Source: a virus (Duplodnaviria > Caudoviricetes). Taken from it: a DNA stretch of 34,458 nt. The DNA lies in IMG/VR virus record IMGVR_UViG_3300017707_000280, positions 1 through 34,458 of that record; one strand, 5' to 3'. This document shows positions 1 to 9,651 of the stretch, in pieces. The notes below the pieces were generated by a model that did no database searches, was not told where the DNA came from, and saw only the letters and a list, made by a program, of their open reading frames with translations. A program made the position numbers and the translations under genes. The stretch's first letter is position 1; every line of letters begins with the position of its first letter.

Positions 1-123
1 GGTATGACTATCGCTTCATTCATGGGCGGTGTGATTACCTTTGTTGCTGATCGACTCTGGAAATAAGGGGAATATTATGTACGGAAAAATGATGGGTGGT
101 AAGGCCAAAGAAACTGCAAGCAA
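1..123. repeat. Terminal direct repeat (identical to 34336-34458); circular assembly overlap
   Basis: Base-for-base identity of the first and last 123 nt; the ORF at 34198 and the ORF at 77 run continuously across the junction. Confidence 0.95.
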
Positions 124-247
124 AGGCAAGAAAAAGGGCGTTCCTGTGACCATTATGGTTGCGGTTGGTAAGCCAAAGATGCCGATGCCTATGCGTGGTG
201 GTAGAACTGCTACCAACATGATGAAGAAATCCTCAAGAGGTAAATAA
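77..247 (+). CDS. Small Lys/Met-rich basic protein (56 aa)
   Basis: ATG at 77 after AAGGGG; stop overlaps next ATG (TAATG). Confidence 0.75.
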   Translation: MYGKMMGGKAKETASKGKKKGVPVTIMVAVGKPKMPMPMRGGRTATNMMKKSSRGK

Positions 248-531
248 TGGCATCTTTAACTACTCCTGTCACTTTATTGAGCGCCGTTGTCGCCACAGGT
301 GCTTCTAAAGCTGTTCAAGCAGATGCTGGTCAACCCGCATTCTTGCAAGTTAGTGGTATCACTACTGCAACTGTTGCATTCCAAGGTAGCTTGGATGGAA
401 CAACCTTTGCCACAATTGGCACTGCTTTGACCGCTGATGGCATTGTCACCATAGCCAATGCTCCCAAGTATTTGCGAGCAAACTGCACAGCTTACACCTC
501 TGGAACTATCACTGCAAAAGTGTTGTATTAA
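247..531 (+). CDS. Small beta-rich protein, probably virion-associated
   Basis: Ala/Thr/Gly-rich 94 aa ORF, translationally coupled, in the late structural arm. Confidence 0.6.
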   Translation: MASLTTPVTLLSAVVATGASKAVQADAGQPAFLQVSGITTATVAFQGSLDGTTFATIGTALTADGIVTIANAPKYLRANCTAYTSGTITAKVLY

Positions 532-532
532 C

Positions 533-682
533 ATGAAAAAGACTAAAGCACAAGCCAAGATTAGCAAGGTAATGACTGAGTTTGGCAAGGGTAAGTTGAC
601 ATCCAATAAAAAGGTTGTCAAAGACCCAAAGCAAGCAATGGCAATTGCCTTATCTGAGGCTGGTAAGGCTAAGAAGAAATGA
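533..682 (+). CDS. Small basic protein (DUF6496-like: KVMxEF..GKL.S...V..PKQAxAIALSEA)
   Basis: Recognisable motif; ATG at 533; ATGA coupling to next gene. Confidence 0.7.
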   Translation: MKKTKAQAKISKVMTEFGKGKLTSNKKVVKDPKQAMAIALSEAGKAKKK

Positions 683-858
683 AAACCAAATCTAAGGTCA
701 ATCAAGCGGGGGTTTACACCAAACCCACCATGCGAAAAGCCTTGTTTGAGAAGATCAAAGCAGGGTCATCAGGGGGTGATTCTGGTGAGTGGTCAGCAAG
801 AAAAGCACAACTTTTAGCTAAGGAATACAAGGCTAAAGGTGGTGGGTACAAAACTTAA
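679..858 (+). CDS. Small basic protein (59 aa) with WSARKAQLLAKEYKAKGGGY motif (DUF5872-like N-terminal half)
   Basis: Read manually, below the ORF-track cutoff: MKTKSKVNQAGVYTKPTMRKALFEKIKAGSSGGDSGEWSARKAQLLAKEYKAKGGGYKT. Confidence 0.8.
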   Translation: MKTKSKVNQAGVYTKPTMRKALFEKIKAGSSGGDSGEWSARKAQLLAKEYKAKGGGYKT

Positions 859-871
859 TAAGGAGCAAATT

Positions 872-979
872 ATGCGAGTCATTGAAATCAAATCAGCCAA
901 ATCATTTAAACCTTGTGCTGGATGCCCAACTCCAAGCAAGTGCAAGGCAATGGGGAAATGTGCTAAGAAGATGAAATGA
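872..979 (+). CDS. 35-aa Cys/Lys-rich peptide (C-x2-C-x5-C-x5-C)
   Basis: Strong RBS TAAGGAG at 859-865; MRVIEIKSAKSFKPCAGCPTPSKCKAMGKCAKKMK; ATGA overlap with next ORF. Confidence 0.7.
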   Translation: MRVIEIKSAKSFKPCAGCPTPSKCKAMGKCAKKMK

Positions 980-1209
980 AAGACCCCCAGCAGTCTCTCA
1001 AAGATTGGGGTAAGCAGAAGTGGCGTACCAAGTCAGGTAAACCATCGTCTGAGACAGGCGAGAGGTATTTGCCAGAGGCGGCAATCAAGTCTTTGAGTTC
1101 TGCTGAGTATGCGGCAACCACCAAGGCCAAGCGCAAGGGTACGGCGGCTGGTAAACAGTTTGTAAAGCAACCAAAAAAGATTGCAAAGAAAACGGCTAGT
1201 TACAGATGA
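976..1209 (+). CDS. Small basic protein (QQSLKDWGKQKWRTKSG...RYLP...GKQFVKQP; DUF5872-like C-terminal half)
   Basis: Motif recall; coupled ORF. Confidence 0.75.
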   Translation: MKDPQQSLKDWGKQKWRTKSGKPSSETGERYLPEAAIKSLSSAEYAATTKAKRKGTAAGKQFVKQPKKIAKKTASYR

Positions 1210-1217
1210 GGTAAAAG

Positions 1218-1523
1218 ATGAAATCACCTACTTGGCAAACAAAAGCTGGTCAAAATCCCAAAGGGGGGTTGAATGCCAAGGGCAGAGCATCTTATAATGC
1301 AGAAACTGGTGGTAATTTGAAAGCACCAGTAAAGTCGGGGGACAATCCTCGCAGAGCAAGTTTCTTGGCTCGTATGGCTGGCAACGATGGTGCTGAATAC
1401 GACAAGAAAGGTGAACCAACAAGACTGCTTCTTTCGCTCAAGGCATGGGGTGCATCCTCAAAGACTGACGCAAAGGCAAAAGCTAAAGCTATATCCGCAA
1501 GGAACAAGGCAAAAGCGAAATGA
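1218..1523 (+). CDS. Small basic phage protein (DUF6321-like: GGLNAKGRAS...RRASFLARM)
   Basis: GAGG RBS; motif recall. Confidence 0.7.
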   Translation: MKSPTWQTKAGQNPKGGLNAKGRASYNAETGGNLKAPVKSGDNPRRASFLARMAGNDGAEYDKKGEPTRLLLSLKAWGASSKTDAKAKAKAISARNKAKAK

Positions 1524-1855
1524 GAGCATTATCAGTTGGTGTTAGTCCTACAGCGGCAGTAGACACAACAGTCTATACCTGTCCTACTGGCTATTACTCT
1601 AAATTTACTGTAATGTACATACACAATACAGGTGGCTCTACAAAGCATATAACTGTTCAATGGTTTGACGCAAGTGCCAACTCTACGCTTGATATATTGA
1701 CGCAATATAACTTCACATCAAAGAACTATTTACAGTTTGATGGTAGTGCTTATATTGTTTTAGAAGAAGGCGACAAAATCAAAATAACTACTGAATCTGG
1801 AAGTTCATTCAGTTTTATAGCCACATTTGAAGAAGAAGGGTTGAGTAGAGCATGA
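1520..1855 (+). CDS. Small beta-sandwich virion protein (hypothetical)
   Basis: Coupled ORF directly before the adaptor gene. Confidence 0.6.
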   Translation: MRALSVGVSPTAAVDTTVYTCPTGYYSKFTVMYIHNTGGSTKHITVQWFDASANSTLDILTQYNFTSKNYLQFDGSAYIVLEEGDKIKITTESGSSFSFIATFEEEGLSRA

Positions 1856-2499
1856 CCTACCTTGAACTAATCAATGATGTACTTATCAGATTGCGTGAGA
1901 CAACAATTTCATCAATCAATGAAACCACTTATTCAACTCTGATTGGCAAATTTGTCAATGACGCAAAGCGTCAAGTTGAAGATGCCTTTTCATGGAATGT
2001 CTTGGGTCAAACCGTTACTGTTTCTACAGTAGCCTCGACTTCATCCTATTCTTTGACAGGCGCAGGACAGAAGTTTCAAGTCATGGATGTCATCAATACC
2101 ACAAGCAATGTTGGCTTGATAAACATCAGTTTTGTGGACATGAACCGCAAGCTAAACTTTACGCCACTTGTGAACTCTCTCCCCACAGAATTTGCTTTTG
2201 ATGGCGTTGATGGTAATTACGACACCAAGGTAAATCTTTACCCAATACCTGATGGCGTATACACAATCAAGTTTTCTTTGACAGTGCCACAAGCTACTTT
2301 GGCATCAGGTTCGACAGTTGTGCTTGTCCCTGATGTTTTGGTGGCTCAGAATGCTTATGCTCGTGCATTGGTAGAACGTGGCGAAGATGGCGGTCTGTCT
2401 TCATCTGAAGCGTATCTGTTATACAAATCTATGCTCTCTGACCACATTGCTTTAGAAGGCACTCGTTACCCTGAGAATCAGGAGTTTGTAGCAATATGA
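1852..2499 (+). CDS. Head-tail adaptor (podovirus tail tubular A / P22 gp4-like position)
   Basis: MTYLELINDVLIRLRE N-terminus, LYPIPDGVY motif, size and position before nozzle gene. Confidence 0.7.
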   Translation: MTYLELINDVLIRLRETTISSINETTYSTLIGKFVNDAKRQVEDAFSWNVLGQTVTVSTVASTSSYSLTGAGQKFQVMDVINTTSNVGLINISFVDMNRKLNFTPLVNSLPTEFAFDGVDGNYDTKVNLYPIPDGVYTIKFSLTVPQATLASGSTVVLVPDVLVAQNAYARALVERGEDGGLSSSEAYLLYKSMLSDHIALEGTRYPENQEFVAI

Positions 2500-4055
2500 G
2501 CAAGCAACTAGAAATTGCAAGCATTTCAGCCCCCGGCTTTTATGGGTTGAATACTCAAGACTCGCCTCTTGATTTGAATGCTGGCTTTGCTTTGGTTGCG
2601 ACTAATTGCGTGATTGACCAGTATGGTCGTATTGGTTCACGAAAAGGTTTTTCTAGGCTTAACTCATCTACTGGTAACTTGGGTGCAAACGATGTTACTG
2701 TGATGAATGAGTTGGTTCAGGCAGATGGCACTTTGACTGTATTGTTTGCTGGCAACAACAAGCTGTTTAAACTTGATGGGTCTAATGCTATCGTGGAGTT
2801 GACCTATGGGGGTGGTGGTACTGCACCAACCATCACCGCAAGCAACTGGCAAACAGCGTCTTTAAACAACATCACATACTTCTTTCAGTCAGGTTTTAAC
2901 CCGCTGATCTATGACCCTGCTGTAAGCACCACAACATATCGTAGAGTGTCAGAGAAGACAGGTTATGTAGGAACTGTGCCTGATGCCAACATTGTGATCT
3001 CTGCGTTTGGTAGATTGTGGGCGGCAAACACTACAACCAATAACGCAACAGTCTTTTTCTCTGACTTGATTGCTGGTCATGTTTGGTCAACAGGTACATC
3101 AGGTTCTTTAAATGTAGATCGTGTTTGGGTCAATGGTGCTGATGAGATCACAGGTCTTGCGGCACACAATGGTTTCTTGTTTATCTTTGGTAAGCGTCAG
3201 ATTCTGATTTATCAAAATGCCACAACACCAGCATCAATGTCATTGCATGACACTGTTGAGGGTATTGGTTGTATTGCTAGAGACAGTATTCAGACAACTA
3301 GCACTGATGTGCTTTTCTTGTCTAACTCTGGTGTCCGATCATTGATGAGAACGATTCAAGAAAAGTCATCTCCTGAGAGAGACTTGTCTAAGAACATTCG
3401 TAATGACTTAATGGAGACTGTGGCTGGTGAAACATTGGCAAACATCAAGTCTGTCTATTCAGAGCGTGAAGCGTTTTACTTGTTGACTACACCCAGTACA
3501 AAGTCAGTGTTTTGTTTCGACACAAAAGCGTATTTGCAGGATGGTGCGGCAAGGGCTACAACTTGGGACTCTATAGAACCAACATCATTGTTGTCTCGCA
3601 GAAACGGTGATTTGTTGGTTGGTAAGAATGGTTATGTGGGCAAGTACGGTACTTTCCAAGACCATGATGCTGAGTACAGGATATTGTACTACACAAACCA
3701 TGCTGACCTTGGCAATCAGAATGTGACTTCTATTTTGAAGAAGTTATCTACTGTTGTGATTGGTGGAAGCAATCAGGTAGTTACATTCAAATGGGGCTTT
3801 GACTTCAAGACAAACTACTTGTCTGACAGTGCAACTATTCCAACACAAGGCGAAAGTCTGTATGGTGTTGCAGAGTATGGTGCAAACGCTACTGTCATTG
3901 CAGAGTATGTTGATGGTATTGCTTTGCAAACATTAACAGTTTCAGCATCAGGGTCTGGCAAGGTTGTGCAGTCGGGTTATGAGTCAAACATTGATGGGAC
4001 ACCATTGTCATTTCAGAAGATTGAGATTCAATCCAAACAAGGTAGATTAAGTTAA
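2496..4055 (+). CDS. Tail nozzle / packaged-DNA stabilisation protein (P22 gp10 / T7 gp12-like beta-propeller)
   Basis: 519 aa, GLNTQDSP start, GIGCIARDSI motif, beta-strand rich, follows adaptor. Confidence 0.7.
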   Translation: MSKQLEIASISAPGFYGLNTQDSPLDLNAGFALVATNCVIDQYGRIGSRKGFSRLNSSTGNLGANDVTVMNELVQADGTLTVLFAGNNKLFKLDGSNAIVELTYGGGGTAPTITASNWQTASLNNITYFFQSGFNPLIYDPAVSTTTYRRVSEKTGYVGTVPDANIVISAFGRLWAANTTTNNATVFFSDLIAGHVWSTGTSGSLNVDRVWVNGADEITGLAAHNGFLFIFGKRQILIYQNATTPASMSLHDTVEGIGCIARDSIQTTSTDVLFLSNSGVRSLMRTIQEKSSPERDLSKNIRNDLMETVAGETLANIKSVYSEREAFYLLTTPSTKSVFCFDTKAYLQDGAARATTWDSIEPTSLLSRRNGDLLVGKNGYVGKYGTFQDHDAEYRILYYTNHADLGNQNVTSILKKLSTVVIGGSNQVVTFKWGFDFKTNYLSDSATIPTQGESLYGVAEYGANATVIAEYVDGIALQTLTVSASGSGKVVQSGYESNIDGTPLSFQKIEIQSKQGRLS

Positions 4056-4063
4056 GGACAGAT

Positions 4064-4759
4064 ATGACAAATTACACAAAGGCCACTAATTTTGCAACCA
4101 AAGATGCTTTATCTTCTGGTAACCCTTTGAAGATTGTCAAAGGTACTGAGATTGATACTGAGTTCAACAACATTGCTACTGCCATTGCAACCAAGGCAGA
4201 TTTGGCAAGTCCTACCTTTACTGGTACACCTACATTGCCGACAGGAACTATTGCAACTACTCAGTCTACTGGTAACAATACAACTGCTTTGGCAACCACT
4301 GCTTTTGTTCAAGCGGCATTAGCGGCAATGTATCCAGTTGGTTCTATCTACACAAATGCAAGCGTCAGCACTAACCCTGCAACATTGCTTGGTTTTGGTA
4401 CATGGACTGCATTTGGTGCTGGTCGTGTCATGGTTGGTTTTGATTCAGGCAATGCGCTCTTTGACACTGCTGAAGAAACTGGTGGTAGTGCAAATGCAAT
4501 CACTGTTAGCCACACTCACACTGCAACTTCCACTGTTACAGACCCCGGGCACAGTCACACAATTCGTACTGCTGATGATTCAAATAATCAAACTGGTATT
4601 TATATGGCTAATTTAAATATTTATACATCAGATAATTCAACTCAAACTAATACCACAGGCATAACAGTTGCAACAACAAACGCTTCAGCAGGTTCAAGTG
4701 GAACTGATGCTAACTATCAGCCGTACATTACTGTTTATATGTGGAAAAGAACGGTATGA
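4064..4759 (+). CDS. Short tail fibre / collar protein
   Basis: ATTAFVQAA, YPVGSIY, GTWTAFGAGRV, His-repeat (SHTHT, GHSHT) and QPYITVYMWKRT C-terminus typical of phage tail fibres. Confidence 0.75.
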   Translation: MTNYTKATNFATKDALSSGNPLKIVKGTEIDTEFNNIATAIATKADLASPTFTGTPTLPTGTIATTQSTGNNTTALATTAFVQAALAAMYPVGSIYTNASVSTNPATLLGFGTWTAFGAGRVMVGFDSGNALFDTAEETGGSANAITVSHTHTATSTVTDPGHSHTIRTADDSNNQTGIYMANLNIYTSDNSTQTNTTGITVATTNASAGSSGTDANYQPYITVYMWKRTV

Positions 4760-5064
4760 AAAACCCTGAGATGTTGCATCACTTTTCTGATGGGTTGTAT
4801 GCCAAGCAGTCAAACTTTCCTGCTGGCATGGCTATCTTGAAGCATACGCATGACTTCAGCCATTTGTCTATATTGTCACAAGGCAAGGTTGCTGTGTTGC
4901 GTGGTACTGAGATTGACATTGTTGAAGCACCAGCGTGTATTGAGATTAAAGCAGGGTTGACTCATGGAGTCAAAGCGATAACAGATTGTGTTTGGTTTTG
5001 TATTCATGCCACAGACGAGAAAGACCCGTCTAAAGTGGATGAAATTTTGATTAAAGGAGATTGA
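4756..5064 (+). CDS. Cupin-fold protein
   Basis: HxHxxxH (KHTHDFSH) and G..HGVKAITD..WFCIH cupin motifs; ATG 4756 overlaps upstream stop. Confidence 0.7.
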   Translation: MKNPEMLHHFSDGLYAKQSNFPAGMAILKHTHDFSHLSILSQGKVAVLRGTEIDIVEAPACIEIKAGLTHGVKAITDCVWFCIHATDEKDPSKVDEILIKGD

Positions 5065-5065
5065 T

Positions 5066-6148
5066 ATGCCTATAGCCGCCGCCGCAATAATGGGAGGTGC
5101 ATCACTGCTTGGTGGTTCGATGCAAAGTAAATCAGCTAATCGTGCGGCTCAAGAGTCAGCAAAAGCACAATTAGAGGCGGCACGAATTGCCGCTGAAGCC
5201 GCTAAGTTTCGCCCTGTAGGTGTAACTACTCGCTATGGCAGTTCCAACTTCCAGTTTGACCCTAGCGGTTATCTAACTGGTGCTGGTTACACAGTCTCTC
5301 CTGAACTCAAAGCCTATCAAGACCGATTGATGGGATTGACTGAAAGAGGATTAACTGAAGCTGAAATGGCACAGCAACAGTATGCACCACTTCAACAAGG
5401 TGCTCAAGGACTGTTTGGATTGGGTCAGCAGTATCTACAGCAGTCTCCTGAACAAGTTGCGGCTCAATATATGCAACAGCAACAGGATTTGCTTGCGCCT
5501 AGTCGTGAGCGTCAATATGCTCAGTTGCAAAACCAGTTGTTCCAACAAGGTCGTGGTGGTTTGTCTGTAGGTGCTACAGGATTGCGTCCAAGTGGTGCTG
5601 GTGGTTTGGGTGCTACTACTCCTGAGATGGAAGCGTACTACAACGCATTGGCTCAACAAGACTTGGCACTTGCTTCTCAGGCTCAACAAGCTGGTCAGCA
5701 GAATGTGGCTTTTGGTGCAGGGTTGTTAGGTTCTGGTGCTGGCTTAATGGGTCAATATCAAGCTGGTCAAGTCGGTGCTTTGAGTCCATTTACAAGCTAT
5801 TTGGGTGCTGGTTCTACCATTGAGTCTCTTGGTCAACAGCCTTTAGAGATGGGAAGACTTTTAGGTGGTCAATCTGCTAGTGCTGGTGGCAATGTTGGTC
5901 AAGCATTGTTAACTGGTGGATTGGGTGCGGCTAGGACTCTCCAAAGTACGGCTGGTAGTGGACTTGGTTCTGCGTTGATTGGGTTAGGTAATAACCCTTA
6001 TGTTGGTTATGGTTTAAATCAATATTTTAATCCTCCGCAAACACCTGTTTTCTCTGATGCCTACCAAGCATCAATACAACCAAACAATTTTTCCTCTGGA
6101 TATTTCAATCCACAAATGTCTGTTGGTGCAAGAGCTTTTGAAAATTAA
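5066..6148 (+). CDS. Internal virion / DNA ejection protein (P22 gp7/gp20-like position)
   Basis: Gly/Ala/Gln-rich, hydrophobic Ala/Gly N-terminus, AAGGAG RBS, position after tail genes. Confidence 0.6.
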   Translation: MPIAAAAIMGGASLLGGSMQSKSANRAAQESAKAQLEAARIAAEAAKFRPVGVTTRYGSSNFQFDPSGYLTGAGYTVSPELKAYQDRLMGLTERGLTEAEMAQQQYAPLQQGAQGLFGLGQQYLQQSPEQVAAQYMQQQQDLLAPSRERQYAQLQNQLFQQGRGGLSVGATGLRPSGAGGLGATTPEMEAYYNALAQQDLALASQAQQAGQQNVAFGAGLLGSGAGLMGQYQAGQVGALSPFTSYLGAGSTIESLGQQPLEMGRLLGGQSASAGGNVGQALLTGGLGAARTLQSTAGSGLGSALIGLGNNPYVGYGLNQYFNPPQTPVFSDAYQASIQPNNFSSGYFNPQMSVGARAFEN

Positions 6149-6158
6149 GGAATAAATC

Positions 6159-7829
6159 ATGGTAACCCCCACCTACACAATTCCAAATACACTTTTTTCA
6201 AACCAAACAAATTACGGCAATATGGATTTGGAATCTCAAAGAATTAAAGAAGAAGAACAACGCAGGGCTGAAATGGCACGAGAAAATTTGTTAGGTATTG
6301 CAAATACTCCTATGGGTCAATCTAGTCTTGATAGTCTTGAACCAGCAATTACTGAGAATATTCAATTCACTCCAAATGCTGAACCATACTCAACGCTAAC
6401 AGCAAGACAACCACAATCTTCTATTGTTGGTGGAATGTTTAGCCCTGAAATCTCTCGTGCGGCAGAGATGGAATATATGCTAAAGCGTCAAGCGGCTATG
6501 CAAAATGAAGCATTGACTTATGCACAATTAACACCCATGCAACAAGCACAGTTTGGTTTCTATCGTGGTGGTCAACAGTTGGGTGATGTTCTTGGTGGTG
6601 CTTTAGGTGGTAAAGACCCTCAGTTACAAATGATTGGTTTGCAACAGCAAATCTTGAGTGAACTTGACCCAAGTGACCCTGAACAACAATTGAGAGTTGC
6701 TCAGAAATATGCCGGAAGAGTTCCTGAGTTGGCTTCAAAAATTGCCGACAATGCTCGTAAGGCGCAGTTTCAAATGGCATCTACTGCACAAAAACTTCGT
6801 GAAAGACAAGGAGTTGACCCATTTGAACAATTGCTTCGTTCAGGTAAATACACTCCTGCAAGCATGGCAACTTATAAGATAAGTCAAAATGTTGCTGATC
6901 TAAGAGAAGTTGAAAGTCCAGACAAAGTACCACCAGACATCCAAAAAGCTCGTTTAGTTGCTCAAAGCAAAGGCTTTAAAGAAGGAACTAAAGAATATAA
7001 CGATGAACTTGTCAAACAACTTGAAAAGACAGATAAACGACCAACTGAAGAAATTTTTGACTTGATGGCAGAGTTGGATGTACTTGACCCTGTTAAAGAT
7101 AAAAAGAAATACGATATTGTTCAGTTGAGAATTAAGAAACTTACAGAAGGCAAATCTTTAGATGAAGCTCTTGGTGAAGGCTTGGGAATGCTTGGCAAAG
7201 CTCTTATGGCTGGACAAAAGAAAGAAGCTGAAGAAACTGGAAAATATACTGCTGAGAACTTTAAGAATCTTGGTTCTGCTGTTGCGGCAGGAACTGCATC
7301 AAAGCGGAATATTGCTACGCTTGAAACTTCTTTGGAAAACGCATTTACAGGAAAGTTTGCAGAAGCAAAAGAAGCTGTTGTTGGTGCTTTGATTTCTCTT
7401 GGCATCCCTGTTGGAAGCGACCTAAAGAATGCCACATCTAATACTCAGCTTATTCAAGCAATGGGTACTAGATACATCTTCCCATTGGTCAAGAATTATC
7501 CCGGCTCGTTGGCGGCAAAAGAATTGGCAAGTTTGGAAAAGACTGCGCCTAATGCTTTGCAACAACCAGAAACAATCAAGAGATTGGTTAGTTTGCTAAA
7601 AGTTGATCTTGCAGAAAATGAGTACACCTACAACAGAGCAAAAGACTATAAGAAAGCAAACAAAGATTCCTTGATGGGATTCAATGAAGCTGACCAAAGA
7701 ATTGAGTTCCAAAATAAACTTGGTCGATTGCAAGAGTTGGTTACAAATGTCAAACGGAAAAAATTCAAGACAGCAGAAGAAGATGCTGAAATCAATCAAC
7801 TGAAAAAAGAACTGTATATTGGAGGCTGA
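6159..7829 (+). CDS. Internal virion / DNA ejection protein
   Basis: 556 aa helical/coiled-coil composition, TAAGGA RBS, position. Confidence 0.55.
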   Translation: MVTPTYTIPNTLFSNQTNYGNMDLESQRIKEEEQRRAEMARENLLGIANTPMGQSSLDSLEPAITENIQFTPNAEPYSTLTARQPQSSIVGGMFSPEISRAAEMEYMLKRQAAMQNEALTYAQLTPMQQAQFGFYRGGQQLGDVLGGALGGKDPQLQMIGLQQQILSELDPSDPEQQLRVAQKYAGRVPELASKIADNARKAQFQMASTAQKLRERQGVDPFEQLLRSGKYTPASMATYKISQNVADLREVESPDKVPPDIQKARLVAQSKGFKEGTKEYNDELVKQLEKTDKRPTEEIFDLMAELDVLDPVKDKKKYDIVQLRIKKLTEGKSLDEALGEGLGMLGKALMAGQKKEAEETGKYTAENFKNLGSAVAAGTASKRNIATLETSLENAFTGKFAEAKEAVVGALISLGIPVGSDLKNATSNTQLIQAMGTRYIFPLVKNYPGSLAAKELASLEKTAPNALQQPETIKRLVSLLKVDLAENEYTYNRAKDYKKANKDSLMGFNEADQRIEFQNKLGRLQELVTNVKRKKFKTAEEDAEINQLKKELYIGG

Positions 7830-7830
7830 A

Positions 7831-9642
7831 ATGGCTGACGAATTTGATGTAAGCAATATTCCTCTGGCTGAGGATAAGACAGCCCCCTCAAATATAGATA
7901 TGAGTAAATCTATTATGAGTCCTGAATATCGTCAGCGAGATGCTTTCGGTGGTCAAGAGTTAGGTGGATTAATCGTTGGAGCACCACTTCCATTTCCTCT
8001 TAGTACAGTAGGTTCTGGTATTGGTGGCTTTGGAGGTGAACTTTATGAACAAGTTTCTAAAGGCGAAACTCCATCCTTATCATTGGCAACACAAGCTGGA
8101 ATTGAAGAAGCCGCATGGGATGCTGGTGGAAATCTTGTTCTCAAAGGATTTGGAAAAGTTTTACGCTTTGGTGCTGACAAACTTGGCTTCACTTCTAGTA
8201 ATGCACCTGATGCAAACAAAGCCGCAGAAGAATTTTTACAAAGATACAACTCATCATTGCCAGCAAGTCAGAGAACAGGTGCAAACTTATTTTCTGCTTT
8301 AGAGGGTTTAACCCTTACGCCAGTAACATACGATATTTTTAAAAGAAAAGACAAAGAAATTCAAGATGCCTTGATGACAGGTTCACAAGATATATTGAAG
8401 TCTCTTGTAAAGAGTCCTGAACTTGACATGGCTTTGAGGACAAACACATCTTCACAATTTTCATCTGGTCAAATACTGCAAAATTTTATAAAGCAAGGTG
8501 AAAAATCATTAAGTGATTCAGTTGATTTAATTTATAAAGATATTTTTGCTGACACAACATCTAAAGTCACAACTTTTGGCATTAAATCATTTGCTGACAA
8601 ATTGTTGGCAAACCCTTCTGCCTTAACAAGCGGTCAAAAATCTATTCTTAATGAAATGAAGGTTTTACCAAATGAATTGAATGTTCCCACGCTTCATCAG
8701 ATAAGAAGTCGTTGGCTTGCAGAAAATAGAGACAAATACAATTCTCGTGTTTCTAGCGAGAAGGATAGCCGTGCTTCACAAACAATAAGTGAATTAATTT
8801 CTCAGTTTGATAAGGCTATGGATTATTCTGCTAACACAACTTTAAAAGGTGATACTCTAAAACAATATAGAAATGTAACCAAAACATATAGGCAAGGAAT
8901 TCAAGGTCTTCAAACTGATGCAATACAAGAAGCGTTAACAAAGAATCCAGAAGAAGTCGGTGCATATTTGTTTACGGCTGGGAAAGAAACACCCACTCTT
9001 GATTTGTTTAAGTCTGTGATTGCGGCATCTAATTTGTCAAAAAAACCATCAAATGAAATTATTGATGCTTTGCGATATGGTTATCTTGAAGCGATGGTAA
9101 ACACTCCTGAAAATATGTTGAAATTTGCAAAGAACTTAGAGCAAGACAAGGCTTTTGCAAACACATATAACAGATTGTTTGGCAATACACCACAAGATGC
9201 CGCCATCAAGCAAATGAATGAAGGTGCTAAGTTGGGTCTGGTTGAAGCTAAAGCAATGCCCGGACTCAATTACAGAACAGTTACTTCTGGATTAAATGTA
9301 TTAGCTCCAACAGCCGCAATTGGCACTGGATATTTCTTTTTGCTAAGTCCTGAGCAACAACAAAAAGTAACTGAAAATTTGGGTTCAGCCGCTGTTGTTG
9401 GTGGTTCACTTGTTTTGTCTCAAAGAACATTGGCAAAAGCATTGCTTGACCCTAAAGGCGCAAAAGCAATCAAGTATTTGTCAACAGCAAGAGAAAAATT
9501 AACTTCTGCAACTGCGTTCACCAAACTTGTTGTTGAGCCTTTAACCAACATTATTACTGCTGAAGAAAAAGAACAGTATCCATTTGGTGCGCCATCTGCT
9601 AAAGATGAGTTTGATGTATCAAATGTTCCTTTAAAAAAGTAA
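7831..9642 (+). CDS. Large internal virion / DNA ejection protein
   Basis: GGAGG RBS before ATG 7831; Gly-rich hydrophobic segments near both ends; position. Confidence 0.55.
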   Translation: MADEFDVSNIPLAEDKTAPSNIDMSKSIMSPEYRQRDAFGGQELGGLIVGAPLPFPLSTVGSGIGGFGGELYEQVSKGETPSLSLATQAGIEEAAWDAGGNLVLKGFGKVLRFGADKLGFTSSNAPDANKAAEEFLQRYNSSLPASQRTGANLFSALEGLTLTPVTYDIFKRKDKEIQDALMTGSQDILKSLVKSPELDMALRTNTSSQFSSGQILQNFIKQGEKSLSDSVDLIYKDIFADTTSKVTTFGIKSFADKLLANPSALTSGQKSILNEMKVLPNELNVPTLHQIRSRWLAENRDKYNSRVSSEKDSRASQTISELISQFDKAMDYSANTTLKGDTLKQYRNVTKTYRQGIQGLQTDAIQEALTKNPEEVGAYLFTAGKETPTLDLFKSVIAASNLSKKPSNEIIDALRYGYLEAMVNTPENMLKFAKNLEQDKAFANTYNRLFGNTPQDAAIKQMNEGAKLGLVEAKAMPGLNYRTVTSGLNVLAPTAAIGTGYFFLLSPEQQQKVTENLGSAAVVGGSLVLSQRTLAKALLDPKGAKAIKYLSTAREKLTSATAFTKLVVEPLTNIITAEEKEQYPFGAPSAKDEFDVSNVPLKK

Positions 9643-9651
9643 GGAAACAAA

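Noticed and set aside
1-123. 123-bp terminal repeat as a biological direct terminal repeat
   Set aside because: It falls inside coding sequence of the late arm, far from terS; best explained as assembler overlap of a circular or permuted genome
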